Positions 27,329 through 36,265 of a stretch of DNA of 40,532 nucleotides are shown piece after piece. The stretch comes from a virus: positions 1 to 40,532 of IMG/VR virus record IMGVR_UViG_2799112910_000003; one strand, 5' to 3'. Every line of letters begins with the position of its first letter. Position 1 is the first letter of the stretch. The position numbers were made by a program, and so were the translations under genes. The notes under the pieces are model-generated. The model saw only the letters and a program-made list of their open reading frames with translations, was not told where the DNA came from and searched no databases.

Positions 27329-28756
27329 TTATATAAATCCGGAAGTATTATTATTACTTTTAGTATTTAAATCACCATATTTATTATTACTTTTATCAAC
27401 TATTTTTTGTCTTGCAACATCAATAGGTTCATTATACCAAATAGACCTATATTCTGCGAGTGACATAGCACCCATCTCAACGTCTTTTCTATCTTGTTCG
27501 CGCCTTGAACTACTAGATTCGATAACGCTGTCATCAAAATCAACAATCACTTCACCATCAATATTCTCACCGAGAAATGTTTTAGAAATATATTGCATTG
27601 CATGTGCAACTGCAATAAAAGCACGAGATAATACTATCTCATGTTTATGAATAGTATTATATATTTCCGTATTTGAAGCCATGACTTCCGTGGCGGTTTT
27701 CATTACAGAACCATTTTCAAATTTATAAAAATCCGTACCAAACCCGAGTTTAAAAGATAAAATTTCTAAATTAGTTTGTATTGCAAGCCTTAATTCATTG
27801 ACTCTAAGATCACCATTTACTTCCTGAACATACTTGCCAGCTTTCGAATCACCTAAATTATTATCTAATAAGTAAAAGATAACATCATTTGGGTCAAAAC
27901 TATGTTGTAAATTCCCAACACTGTTTACTCTTAATGCATCTGACGAAACAAATAATCTTTTACGTCCGTTTTGTATCTCAGACACAAAAGAGTCGTACAT
28001 GATATCTAAAGATTTAATAACATCTAAAGAGTTAAAATATATAGGGAGCCCAAAAGGTGAATTCATATCAAGGTTATTAACTAAATTCGGCTTAATAATT
28101 GCAAACCAAGGTATATTCGAGCCAGTTTCAACTGTAAGTGGCAAATTATCAAGCTCAGATGGGGTCATTTCTCCATCAGGTGCCACAAAATAACGATAAT
28201 TATATATGACATAATTATCATTTTCGTCTTTTCTATGGACTTGAATATAACGTATTTTTTCGCCTCTTAGATCAAACGTGTCAGAAATAAATGCTGCTTC
28301 TTGTATATCATCAGCATCATATGTTAATGGAATAACATTATCAGCACTTACAAACTGAATTTTAATTCCAATCTTAGGATCTATTGAAAGTACATAAGCG
28401 CCAAAACCTAATGCAAATGTTTTTTCAATACTTTGATTTGCTAAAAAATGAAAATTATTTCTTTTAAGTAATTCGTTCAATTTTTTTGAAGAATTTTCAT
28501 TAGGTATCGAAAACGCTACTTTTTCATTACACAAAATATCAGCAAAATTTTCACATATCTTTTTAGGTAGCCCCATTGAAAAGCGTCTACATAATATTTT
28601 TTGATCACCATTAAATATATAGTAGCGGTGAAATGTTTCCACTATACCATAGTACCAAGCAATATAGTTTTTGATTACACCAGTGTGATTAATATAAGCG
28701 TCTATGTTGTACCCTATTTGTTCAAATATATTCTTAAGTTTGATATTAATCACCAC
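27329..28756 (-). CDS. Portal protein (SPP1/A118-like)
   Basis: MGLPKKICENFADIL..PFGLPIYFNS..KTATEV..IVDFDDSVI. Confidence 0.9.
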   Translation of the reverse strand: MVINIKLKNIFEQIGYNIDAYINHTGVIKNYIAWYYGIVETFHRYYIFNGDQKILCRRFSMGLPKKICENFADILCNEKVAFSIPNENSSKKLNELLKRNNFHFLANQSIEKTFALGFGAYVLSIDPKIGIKIQFVSADNVIPLTYDADDIQEAAFISDTFDLRGEKIRYIQVHRKDENDNYVIYNYRYFVAPDGEMTPSELDNLPLTVETGSNIPWFAIIKPNLVNNLDMNSPFGLPIYFNSLDVIKSLDIMYDSFVSEIQNGRKRLFVSSDALRVNSVGNLQHSFDPNDVIFYLLDNNLGDSKAGKYVQEVNGDLRVNELRLAIQTNLEILSFKLGFGTDFYKFENGSVMKTATEVMASNTEIYNTIHKHEIVLSRAFIAVAHAMQYISKTFLGENIDGEVIVDFDDSVIESSSSRREQDRKDVEMGAMSLAEYRSIWYNEPIDVARQKIVDKSNNKYGDLNTKSNNNTSGFI

Positions 28757-28905
28757 CCCAGCGTATATGAATACTTTTTATATAAATATATATGGTAAAA
28801 ATATATATTTAGTAAATTAATATCAATTATTTTTGCAATAAAAGGTTGTGTTTTTTTGTAAAAATGCTATAATTGTAGAAATATTTTTAAACAAATGGGT
28901 GTGGA

Positions 28906-30201
28906 TTGGATATGTTACAAGATAGTTTAGCATACACTATTGATATAGAAGCAGAAAAGGCTTTATTAGGCGCATTGGTTTTAGATAGTAGTATAATAAA
29001 TGAAATAATAGGGGTCCTCCCCAATGAAACATTTTTTTATGACCCGATTAATAAAATGATATATAAAACTATTATTGATATGTATACCCATATTGAAAAA
29101 ATTGACTTCATTACATTAATGAATCAAATTTCATCTGATTCTACAATGGATAAAATACAAATAAAAAATTATTTATTGGAAATAGTTCAAATAGTACCAT
29201 CCATTGGTGCCAGCAAAAATTACGCAAATATAATTCGCGAAAAATCACAACTAAGGCAAATATTGGATCTATGTTCACAAGTCCCAAACTTTATTACACG
29301 TGGAGAAACACCTGAAAAAATTATAAGTAAACTCGATGATAAACTATATAAAATCCGCAATGGTAAAAGTATGGGACATACAATATCAATACAGGATGCA
29401 ATGATATCTAGTTTAGATACTACTAAATCAGAAAAAACAATAAAAACTGGGTTTACACTCCTTGATGAAACTATAAAAGGTATAAAATCAGAAGACTTAA
29501 TTTTTATTGCGGCAAGGCCTGGAATGGGCAAAACAAGTTTAGCTCTTAGTATTTCTAATAATATTGCAAAAGATCATACTATTCTATTTTTTAGTTTAGA
29601 AATGTCAGCAGTTCAGATTGCTCAAAAAGTTTTAACAATGTCATCTGAAATAGAGCAAGAAAAAATTCAGATAAGTGCACTTACAGAGTTTGAACGTGAA
29701 TTACTTACAAAATCATTAGATAATATTTCAGAATATAAGTTATTTTTAAACGATAAATCTGCGATTTCTCTTTCTGAAATTCGTGCAAAAATTAGAAGTA
29801 CACCAAATGTTGAATTGGTTATTATTGATTATCTACAATTAATACCGCCAATTGTTTCAAAATCAAATCGTGTACAAGAAATCTCTGAAATAACTAGAAC
29901 TTTAAAATTAATGTCTATGGAGCTAGGGATCCCGATCATATGTTTGTCACAGCTTTCAAGAGCAAGTGAACAAAGAGCAGACCACATACCGTTACTATCA
30001 GACCTCAGGGATTCTGGTTCAATCGAACAAGATGCAGATATTGTATTGATGCTATATAGACCATATTATTATGATAAATCAGATAAAGTTGACCCACAGG
30101 AAGCGCAAATTATTGTCTCTAAAAATAGACATGGTGTGACACGCAATATCAAACTTAAATGGGATGGTGATCATACTAAATTTGTGGATTATGAATTCTA
30201 A
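28906..30201 (+). CDS. dnaB: Replicative DNA helicase
   Basis: AARPGMGKT, IIDYLQL, LSQLSR, DLRDSGSIEQDAD, KNRHG. Confidence 0.95.
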   Translation: MDMLQDSLAYTIDIEAEKALLGALVLDSSIINEIIGVLPNETFFYDPINKMIYKTIIDMYTHIEKIDFITLMNQISSDSTMDKIQIKNYLLEIVQIVPSIGASKNYANIIREKSQLRQILDLCSQVPNFITRGETPEKIISKLDDKLYKIRNGKSMGHTISIQDAMISSLDTTKSEKTIKTGFTLLDETIKGIKSEDLIFIAARPGMGKTSLALSISNNIAKDHTILFFSLEMSAVQIAQKVLTMSSEIEQEKIQISALTEFERELLTKSLDNISEYKLFLNDKSAISLSEIRAKIRSTPNVELVIIDYLQLIPPIVSKSNRVQEISEITRTLKLMSMELGIPIICLSQLSRASEQRADHIPLLSDLRDSGSIEQDADIVLMLYRPYYYDKSDKVDPQEAQIIVSKNRHGVTRNIKLKWDGDHTKFVDYEF

Positions 30202-30308
30202 AAATTGATAGTTTTTGATTAACGCTTTATACTAATTTTAGCGTGATTTGGGTTGCACGGATCGTTTTTCTTCCGAACGTCGTTTTCGTTCAGGGAGGAG
30301 GCGACTTA

Positions 30309-30437
30309 ATGTTAGACTTATTTGATTGTTTGTTTTTGACTGTTGAATTAATTTCACTAGCAATACAAATACTAGAATTTAAAGCTAACAACCGTGCCAC
30401 AAACACGGTTGTTATAACGATAAATATAAACTTATAA
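30309..30437 (+). CDS. Type I TA toxin-like peptide, 42 aa (MLDLFDCLFLTVELISLAIQILEFKANNRATNTVVITININL); module about 30239-30480
   Basis: GGAGG RBS; TAGCGTGATT/AATCACGCTA pairing. Confidence 0.7.
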   Translation: MLDLFDCLFLTVELISLAIQILEFKANNRATNTVVITININL

Positions 30438-30481
30438 CGATCCGTTAAACGAATCACGCTATTATTATACCATATTATTCT

Positions 30482-30681
30482 AAAAAAATCTACCGTGCTC
30501 AAATCACGGTAGTAATTATAGTAACAATATAATGAACCCGTCCCCAGGTCACGCTATTATTGTACCATATTATTCTAAAAAAATCTACCGTGTGAGCATC
30601 ACGGTAGTAATATTAAAAGTGAAAATATGAACCCGTTGCCAGGTCACGCTACTATTGTACCTCTTTTTTAATTTTTGTCAA
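30482..30681 (-). ncRNA. Two tandem orphan antitoxin-like sRNA units
   Basis: CTACCGTG-ctcaaat-CACGGTAG and CTACCGTG-tgagcat-CACGGTAG, each with ATGAACCCGT..CACGCTA. Confidence 0.62.
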
Positions 30682-31117
30682 GGTTCATTATCATTTCAAC
30701 TCGCTTCATCACTATAGGTTTTAAAATATTAAAAAGGCGCTGCGTTTTTTTTATTTCGCGGCGCTCCCTTATTTCTTTTTGATGCTTTTCTCTATATTTT
30801 TTTTGTCGTTTTAATATCTTTTCACGATTATTTAAATAGTATTTATGTTTCCATTCTTTAAAATATAATTTGTGTGTTTTATAGTAATTCCGACGATATA
30901 TGCGCTGGTATTCTTTGTATTTTTTACTTTTATGGTATAAACGGTTTGCCTTGCGCTTCTTTCTGTCATTAGTATCTAATACATATTCGTCAAGTTCCTC
31001 ATAAGCCTCTATCTCATCATATTCTAAAATACAATCTTTAAATTTACAGTTAAAACAATCACCGTCACATTTCATTACCATAAAAACCACCAAAAAAATA
31101 AGTGCCATGTTTTGCAC
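30668..31117 (-). CDS. Hypothetical protein (Cys-rich N-terminus, K/R/Y-rich repeats)
   Basis: CDGDCFNCKFKDC followed by basic repeats. Confidence 0.55.
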   Translation of the reverse strand: MQNMALIFLVVFMVMKCDGDCFNCKFKDCILEYDEIEAYEELDEYVLDTNDRKKRKANRLYHKSKKYKEYQRIYRRNYYKTHKLYFKEWKHKYYLNNREKILKRQKKYREKHQKEIRERREIKKTQRLFNILKPIVMKRVEMIMNLDKN

Positions 31118-31257
31118 TTATTCGTCACCTAAATTGAGTCTATCATACTAAGTTTTTTATCATTTAAAACACCTTTTTTTTAAAAAAACTTGTTGACATG
31201 TGCAGTATATTATATTAAAATAATAAATATTATAAAAAGTATTATTTTAGGTGGTGT

Positions 31258-32028
31258 TTGATGTGTAAAATAATATCAGTAGTCAATAATAAAGGTGGAT
31301 GTGGGAAAACAACAACTACTATTTGCCTTGCGAATCAATTACAAATATACAAGTTCGACGTTCTTGTTGTAGACACAGATTCACAATGTAATACAACAAC
31401 TTTCTACGGTGCCAAAACTTACGATACTTACACAATGATGGATATTATGTGTGCTGATGTTAATGCAAATCTTTGTATTCAACGTACTAGTGTTGGTGAT
31501 ATAATTCCATCAGATAAATGTCTCAAAAATGTTGATATTAAGGTATTAGATGATTCTAATCGTTTGTTACATTTGAAACGTTCAATGGCAAATATTAACA
31601 AATATGATTATGTCATTATTGATACCCCACCACAACTCTCTATTATGACTTTAAATGCTTTAGCATCTTCCGATTTTATTTTGCTCCCTACAGATGAATC
31701 GGGGTGGTCGATAAATGGGATCTTTGAAATTCTCAATGTTGTTAAGTCAATTTCGAATACAGTCAATCCTTCTATAAAATTGGCTGGGCTTTTGATTACA
31801 AAGGCGCACCCTTATACACGTGTTTCTAAAGAAATATCGAATGCAATAAATAAGTTGCTCGCGCCCAAAGGTTTGAAAGCTTTTAATACTAAAATACGTG
31901 AATCAGTAGCTTGTCGTGAGGCTATATCTCTTAAAGCTGTACCTTTGGCCAAATTTGCTCCGAATTCTAATACTTGTGTTGATTATCAAAAATTTACTGA
32001 TGAATTACTTGAGGTAATAAATGGCTAA
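31258..32028 (+). CDS. parA: ParA/Soj partition ATPase
   Basis: NNKGGCGKTT, VDTDSQCN, IIDTPP. Confidence 0.93.
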   Translation: MMCKIISVVNNKGGCGKTTTTICLANQLQIYKFDVLVVDTDSQCNTTTFYGAKTYDTYTMMDIMCADVNANLCIQRTSVGDIIPSDKCLKNVDIKVLDDSNRLLHLKRSMANINKYDYVIIDTPPQLSIMTLNALASSDFILLPTDESGWSINGIFEILNVVKSISNTVNPSIKLAGLLITKAHPYTRVSKEISNAINKLLAPKGLKAFNTKIRESVACREAISLKAVPLAKFAPNSNTCVDYQKFTDELLEVING

Positions 32029-32242
32029 AAATATATATGAAAATAAAATTATTAAAACGCCAAATTTTCAAGAAAATAAACAAAAAATTATTTCTGCTAA
32101 AGTTCATACGCATACTTGGAATAAATTTACACAAATTAATAAAGCACAAGGTATGACAAATAATAGTGCCCTAAATATGATTGTTAGCAAATATATAAGA
32201 GATAATAGTAATATATTATCAGAATTTAATTTAAATGATTAA
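32021..32242 (+). CDS. Probable type Ib partition partner (small ribbon-helix-helix protein)
   Basis: Overlaps the parA stop; ISAKVHTHTWNKF..LNMIVSKYI pattern. Confidence 0.6.
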   Translation: MAKNIYENKIIKTPNFQENKQKIISAKVHTHTWNKFTQINKAQGMTNNSALNMIVSKYIRDNSNILSEFNLND

Positions 32243-33237
32243 ATAGGTTTTTCAAATACATTCAAATAACCTGTTGTCGTAAGTATAAGCTCATGGTTGG
32301 AAGTTATAAGTTCTACTCGTGTAGCCCCATCTGAAACAATAAAATTTTCGCCATTATTAGTTAGGAAACGGTCACCATTGTTTGTAAGAAACGTATAAAT
32401 TGAAGTTCCAATCCACGCTTGATACATAAGCATCAATAAGCTCTCAATTGTGTTGATTTTTACGTAATAGTTAAGTGGCCTATCTGGGACTTGGGGCCAA
32501 CCAGTTGAGTCAAAACATAATACCATATTTTTTAACTGGTTAATAATTCGGTCAGATTCCTCACCGCCAAATATATCAAGCATATTCCAATCTGTTTTAT
32601 TTATATACGGAATATTTAATAATCTACTGAGTAATTCAAGGTCATTCTCAATCCTATTTAAATCTTTATAATTTAACGCGCCAATCATACCAGCTAAATA
32701 TTCCGTTTTCTGTTGCTCATTTAAGTTTCTATATCCTATCGATTTGTATAATTCTAATTTATCAATATCAGCTTGCGTACGGTTATAAATTGGGTCTATC
32801 CAACCAGATGGTGCATTCTCATCTATAAAATACGAACCTGAAAACCCAATCCAAATTGTACCTAAGCCCCAATAAAATGCTGAAAGCCCATTATTCTGCT
32901 GTAGATTTATTTGTTTAGTATTGTCTTTTATTGCACATGTTAAATTACCAATTGTGCTTGCACCACAAAACATTTCCTGCATTGCTAAAGCTTGCCCGCC
33001 ACACGAATCCGCACTTTTGTACGGCAACCCAAGTATTGAAGCATATCCAATGCCTCCATTTGTGATATTTGCTTTAATATGGAATGTTATAAAACATATG
33101 TCATCAACTCGTTGATATGAACCATAATTGTATTCTACTGTATAAGTAGGGTTCACAATAGTTTCTGGAATACCACTTTCGTCATCACGCCTGCACGAGA
33201 GAAATACTTGGAAATTACCTGTCTCTATCATTTTCAT
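32239..33237 (-). CDS. Tail-associated protein: RBP-head-like domain fused to a conserved tail domain
   Basis: N-terminal ~140 aa paralogous to 39802..40260; C-terminal WIDPIYNRTQADID..LNYKDLNRIE. Confidence 0.6.
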   Translation of the reverse strand: MKMIETGNFQVFLSCRRDDESGIPETIVNPTYTVEYNYGSYQRVDDICFITFHIKANITNGGIGYASILGLPYKSADSCGGQALAMQEMFCGASTIGNLTCAIKDNTKQINLQQNNGLSAFYWGLGTIWIGFSGSYFIDENAPSGWIDPIYNRTQADIDKLELYKSIGYRNLNEQQKTEYLAGMIGALNYKDLNRIENDLELLSRLLNIPYINKTDWNMLDIFGGEESDRIINQLKNMVLCFDSTGWPQVPDRPLNYYVKINTIESLLMLMYQAWIGTSIYTFLTNNGDRFLTNNGENFIVSDGATRVELITSNHELILTTTGYLNVFEKPI

Positions 33238-33494
33238 TACCTTTAATATTATTTTTTAATACTTTTCTACTATTATACTATTATCTCAGAATATTCTCAA
33301 GAAAAAAATTAACCTCCCGCATCTTAAAGGAGATTAATTTTGATTGTCGTTTTTGCTGGTATCTACCAGACATTTTGTATTTTAGTTAGTTCATATTCGT
33401 TTGTCAATGCTTTATACTAATTTTAGCGTGATTCTTTGAGTGCGGGCCGTTTTTTCTTTCTTGAGACTGTTTGTCTCAGAAAGGAGGCGACATC

Positions 33495-33623
33495 ATGTTA
33501 GATTTGTTTGACTTATTGTTATTATCAATCGAATTAACTTCGTTGATTCTTCAATTTAAAGAATACAAAAATAACAACCGCACTAGTGATGTGGTTGTTA
33601 TCGTAATAGTTACAAAATACTAA
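33495..33623 (+). CDS. Type I TA toxin-like peptide, 42 aa (MLDLFDLLLLSIELTSLILQFKEYKNNNRTSDVVVIVIVTKY); module about 33424-33682
   Basis: AAAGGAGG RBS; close paralogue of 12877..13005; antisense promoter. Confidence 0.72.
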   Translation: MLDLFDLLLLSIELTSLILQFKEYKNNNRTSDVVVIVIVTKY

Positions 33624-33750
33624 ACATAACGACCCGCAAACGAGTCACGCTATTATTGTATCACTTTAAAACTAAATGTCAATGTTTTATAATAATATAA
33701 GCAGGATGTCCGGGGCGGTTAGTCACTCTCCTTTTAAAGGGGGTGATATA

Positions 33751-33837
33751 ATGAGTCTGAATGATATTTTTATTATATCTCAGATTGTTGTTAACTCTTT
33801 ATTTATAGTTAAAATAATTAAAGAATTAATAAAATAG
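33751..33837 (+). CDS. Type I TA toxin-like (holin-like-toxin type) peptide, 28 aa (MSLNDIFIISQIVVNSLFIVKIIKELIK); module about 33700-33945
   Basis: Same AGCAGGAT/ATCCTGCT architecture as the 16619 module. Confidence 0.68.
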   Translation: MSLNDIFIISQIVVNSLFIVKIIKELIK

Positions 33838-34039
33838 CCGCTCTTCTAGCAAAAGTTTCGGCTACATTTAGAAAAACTTTTAAGGACTAGCCGCCAAAAG
33901 CGGTATCCTGCTATTATTGTACCTCTTTTTTAATTCTTTTGTCAATATCACTTTTTTATCAAAAAAAATATTTTTTTAGAAAATCTATTTACTTTTTTGA
34001 TTGGGTATGATATAAACTAATTATGGGGGAGGTTTATAC

Positions 34040-34471
34040 ATGAATTTTAAAAAACACTTACTTAAAATATTACCTGCGGTAAATGCCGCCTTTTTGGCTT
34101 GTAACTGTTCTCTAGTTAGTAAATGTAATGCTGTTAAAATAGAATTGTTTTCGAATGATTGTAGTTTTATAGTAGATACAGAAAAAGGTACCGCTTCTCT
34201 TTGGAAAATATATATTGGTGCAAGAGAAAAAAAATTTATAATTGTCCCTAAATCTGTAAAATTTGTTAGTTCTAATTTTAAAGTTGTTGACGTATACGCT
34301 AATGTGGTTGACAATGTAAAGAATAGACTGATTAAGTTGTTTTTGCCGTCTTCATTGCAAAAATCTGGTGTTTTAGATAAAATTAAGGCTTGGGACGTTG
34401 ATGTGAGTTTTTATGATAATCTTGTTGATATTAACGACAGTGATAACAGTGACAGCTCTACTCAACCGTAG
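34040..34471 (+). CDS. Hypothetical exported protein
   Basis: GGAGG RBS; signal-peptide-like N-terminus. Confidence 0.55.
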   Translation: MNFKKHLLKILPAVNAAFLACNCSLVSKCNAVKIELFSNDCSFIVDTEKGTASLWKIYIGAREKKFIIVPKSVKFVSSNFKVVDVYANVVDNVKNRLIKLFLPSSLQKSGVLDKIKAWDVDVSFYDNLVDINDSDNSDSSTQP

Positions 34472-34494
34472 ATTTTATCGTATTTAAGGACTAT

Positions 34495-34782
34495 ATGTTA
34501 CAATCTCTTGTAGAAGCTAATATCGAATCTAGATGTGAAAAAATAAAAGGCACTCTTATTGAAAAAAATAAAATGTATGGTGATAGTTTTTTCAAAACCC
34601 TTGAAGAATATGGTGATTCTCTTATATGTGTGCGTTTAGAAGACAAATTAAATAGGTTAAAGCAAATAATACTTAAGGGAATGAGTGATAAAGAATCTGA
34701 CGAAAGATTAGTTGATACTTTGACTGACATTGCTGGTTATTCTATACTTTCACTTGTTTATCTTGAAAATCTTAAACAATAA
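34495..34782 (+). CDS. DUF1599 / nucleotide-modification-associated domain protein
   Basis: KNKMYGDSF..VRLEDKLNRL..DTLTDIAGYSIL. Confidence 0.8.
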   Translation: MLQSLVEANIESRCEKIKGTLIEKNKMYGDSFFKTLEEYGDSLICVRLEDKLNRLKQIILKGMSDKESDERLVDTLTDIAGYSILSLVYLENLKQ

Positions 34783-34793
34783 GTGGTGATTGT

Positions 34794-35297
34794 ATGAAAG
34801 TATATCTTGCAAATTCATTATTTTCAGAATCAGATCAAATGTATAATAAATTCTTGGCAAGCGAAATTAGAAATGCTATCCCAAATGTTTCTCTTTATGT
34901 ACCACAGGAAAATGAAAGCATAAATAATAAAGAATTATTTGCCAGCAGCTTAGCAATTTATAATGCTGACAATATGATGCTTGACGATTCTGATGTTATG
35001 GTGTCAGTTATAGATGGCGTTGAGATAGACTCAGGTGTTGTTTGCGAAATCGGTAGATTTGCGGCCTTATGTGAATTGGATAAAGAAAGAAAGAGAACAA
35101 TATTGGGTTTGTATAGCGATATTAGGCAAAATGGCACAGAAAATTCTAGAAAAATTGAGGCTCTTATTCATGATAGTAAAGAAAATCAATTTATGTATAG
35201 GAATTTATATGTTATTGGTGCTATTAAAAAAAATGGGCGCATCTTTTATAAGTCTTATCAACTAGTCAATTATCTGAAGACTTTGGTTTTTGATTAG
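34794..35297 (+). CDS. Nucleoside 2-deoxyribosyltransferase-family protein
   Basis: KVYLANSLF..YVPQE..D..LDDSDV..DSGVVCEIG. Confidence 0.85.
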   Translation: MKVYLANSLFSESDQMYNKFLASEIRNAIPNVSLYVPQENESINNKELFASSLAIYNADNMMLDDSDVMVSVIDGVEIDSGVVCEIGRFAALCELDKERKRTILGLYSDIRQNGTENSRKIEALIHDSKENQFMYRNLYVIGAIKKNGRIFYKSYQLVNYLKTLVFD

Positions 35298-35517
35298 TTG
35301 TTTGACTTTAATTTGGTTTGTGCACACAATATATCTGGTTGTGTCTCTTTTCCTACAAACTTTCATATTTTTTTTCATATTGACATATTTGTCTCCTTGG
35401 TAAATCTACGTTCAAACTATATGAGGCACAACCAGACTAACCTATTAATTGATCACTACCTTGTGTTGACATAGATAGTGATCATTTTGATAAGCCCGCG
35501 TGTGAAAAACCCAATGA

Positions 35518-35757
35518 TTAATCATTTGGTTTTTCTTTTTTCAAGCATGCAATAATACCCCATGTGGAAGTAACTAAATTCATAAAATCTAAAATTGCAC
35601 GTGCTGTTTGTGCAGTTACAATGTCGTATATTAACCAAAATATATTACATATCGTCCAAACCCAAAAACACGATTCCTTCTTTAAAACATTTAATACCGC
35701 ACCATATACCGCCAACAATGAAAAAAACCATAAAACAATCTCAATAATATCAGCCAC
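35518..35757 (-). CDS. Small PnuC-like membrane protein
   Basis: AVLNVLKKESCFWVWTICNIFWLIY; three short hydrophobic segments. Confidence 0.65.
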   Translation of the reverse strand: MADIIEIVLWFFSLLAVYGAVLNVLKKESCFWVWTICNIFWLIYDIVTAQTARAILDFMNLVTSTWGIIACLKKEKPND

Positions 35758-35944
35758 ATTAACTCCAAAATATCAATTTCTCCTAGTCTAACACAATACC
35801 TAAAAGAATAAATTATATAAAACCCATCTTTTGTCTAATTTCTTGTCTTATTTTGTATTTTACGTATAATTAGTTCAGCGTGTCTTGGGTTGCACGGGTT
35901 CATTTCTCCTGACTAACTGTCCGCTAGAGAGAGGAGGGGTGATT

Positions 35945-36070
35945 ATGAGAGATAAGATCATTCAAATTTTGAATATCATCTTGTTGATATTACAAATTCT
36001 GAGTTTCTTTAGAACTCATAAAAAAATCTACCGTGCCACAATCACGGTAGTAATATTTAAAACAATATGA
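35945..36070 (+). CDS. Type I TA toxin-like peptide, 41 aa (MRDKIIQILNIILLILQILSFFRTHKKIYRATITVVIFKTI); module about 35877-36110
   Basis: GGAGGGGTG RBS; CAGCGTG..GGGTTCAT versus ATGAACCC..CACGCTA. Confidence 0.7.
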   Translation: MRDKIIQILNIILLILQILSFFRTHKKIYRATITVVIFKTI

Positions 36071-36111
36071 ACCCGTTCCCGAGCCACGCTACTATTATAT
36101 CATATTATTCT

Positions 36112-36233
36112 AAAAATATCTACCGTGCTAGCACCACGGTAGTAATTAATATTTACAAAATTTAATGAACCCGTTTACAGGGCACGCTATTATTATACCA
36201 TATTGTTCTAAAAAAATCTACCGTGCTAGCACC
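36112..36233 (-). ncRNA. Orphan antitoxin-like unit plus a truncated duplicate
   Basis: CTACCGTG-ctagcac-CACGGTAG unit, then a second CTACCGTGCTAGCACC cut off by mod2 downstream sequence. Confidence 0.6.
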
Positions 36234-36265
36234 GATGAATTATATTCTTCTGGCAAATAGTGTCT

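Noticed and set aside
30439-30681. CRISPR array interpretation of the tandem ~95-nt units (also 12614-12930 and 36030-36233)
   Set aside because: Units carry their own promoter elements and terminators, the repeats are not identical 23-47 nt DRs, the variable parts are homologous to each other, and there are no cas genes.
35380-35500. IscB omegaRNA/HEARO-like RNA suggested by CTACGTT, ACCAGACTAA and GTTGAC
   Set aside because: The motifs occur in the reverse of the order I would expect and there is no iscB gene; kept only as an unexplained structured region.
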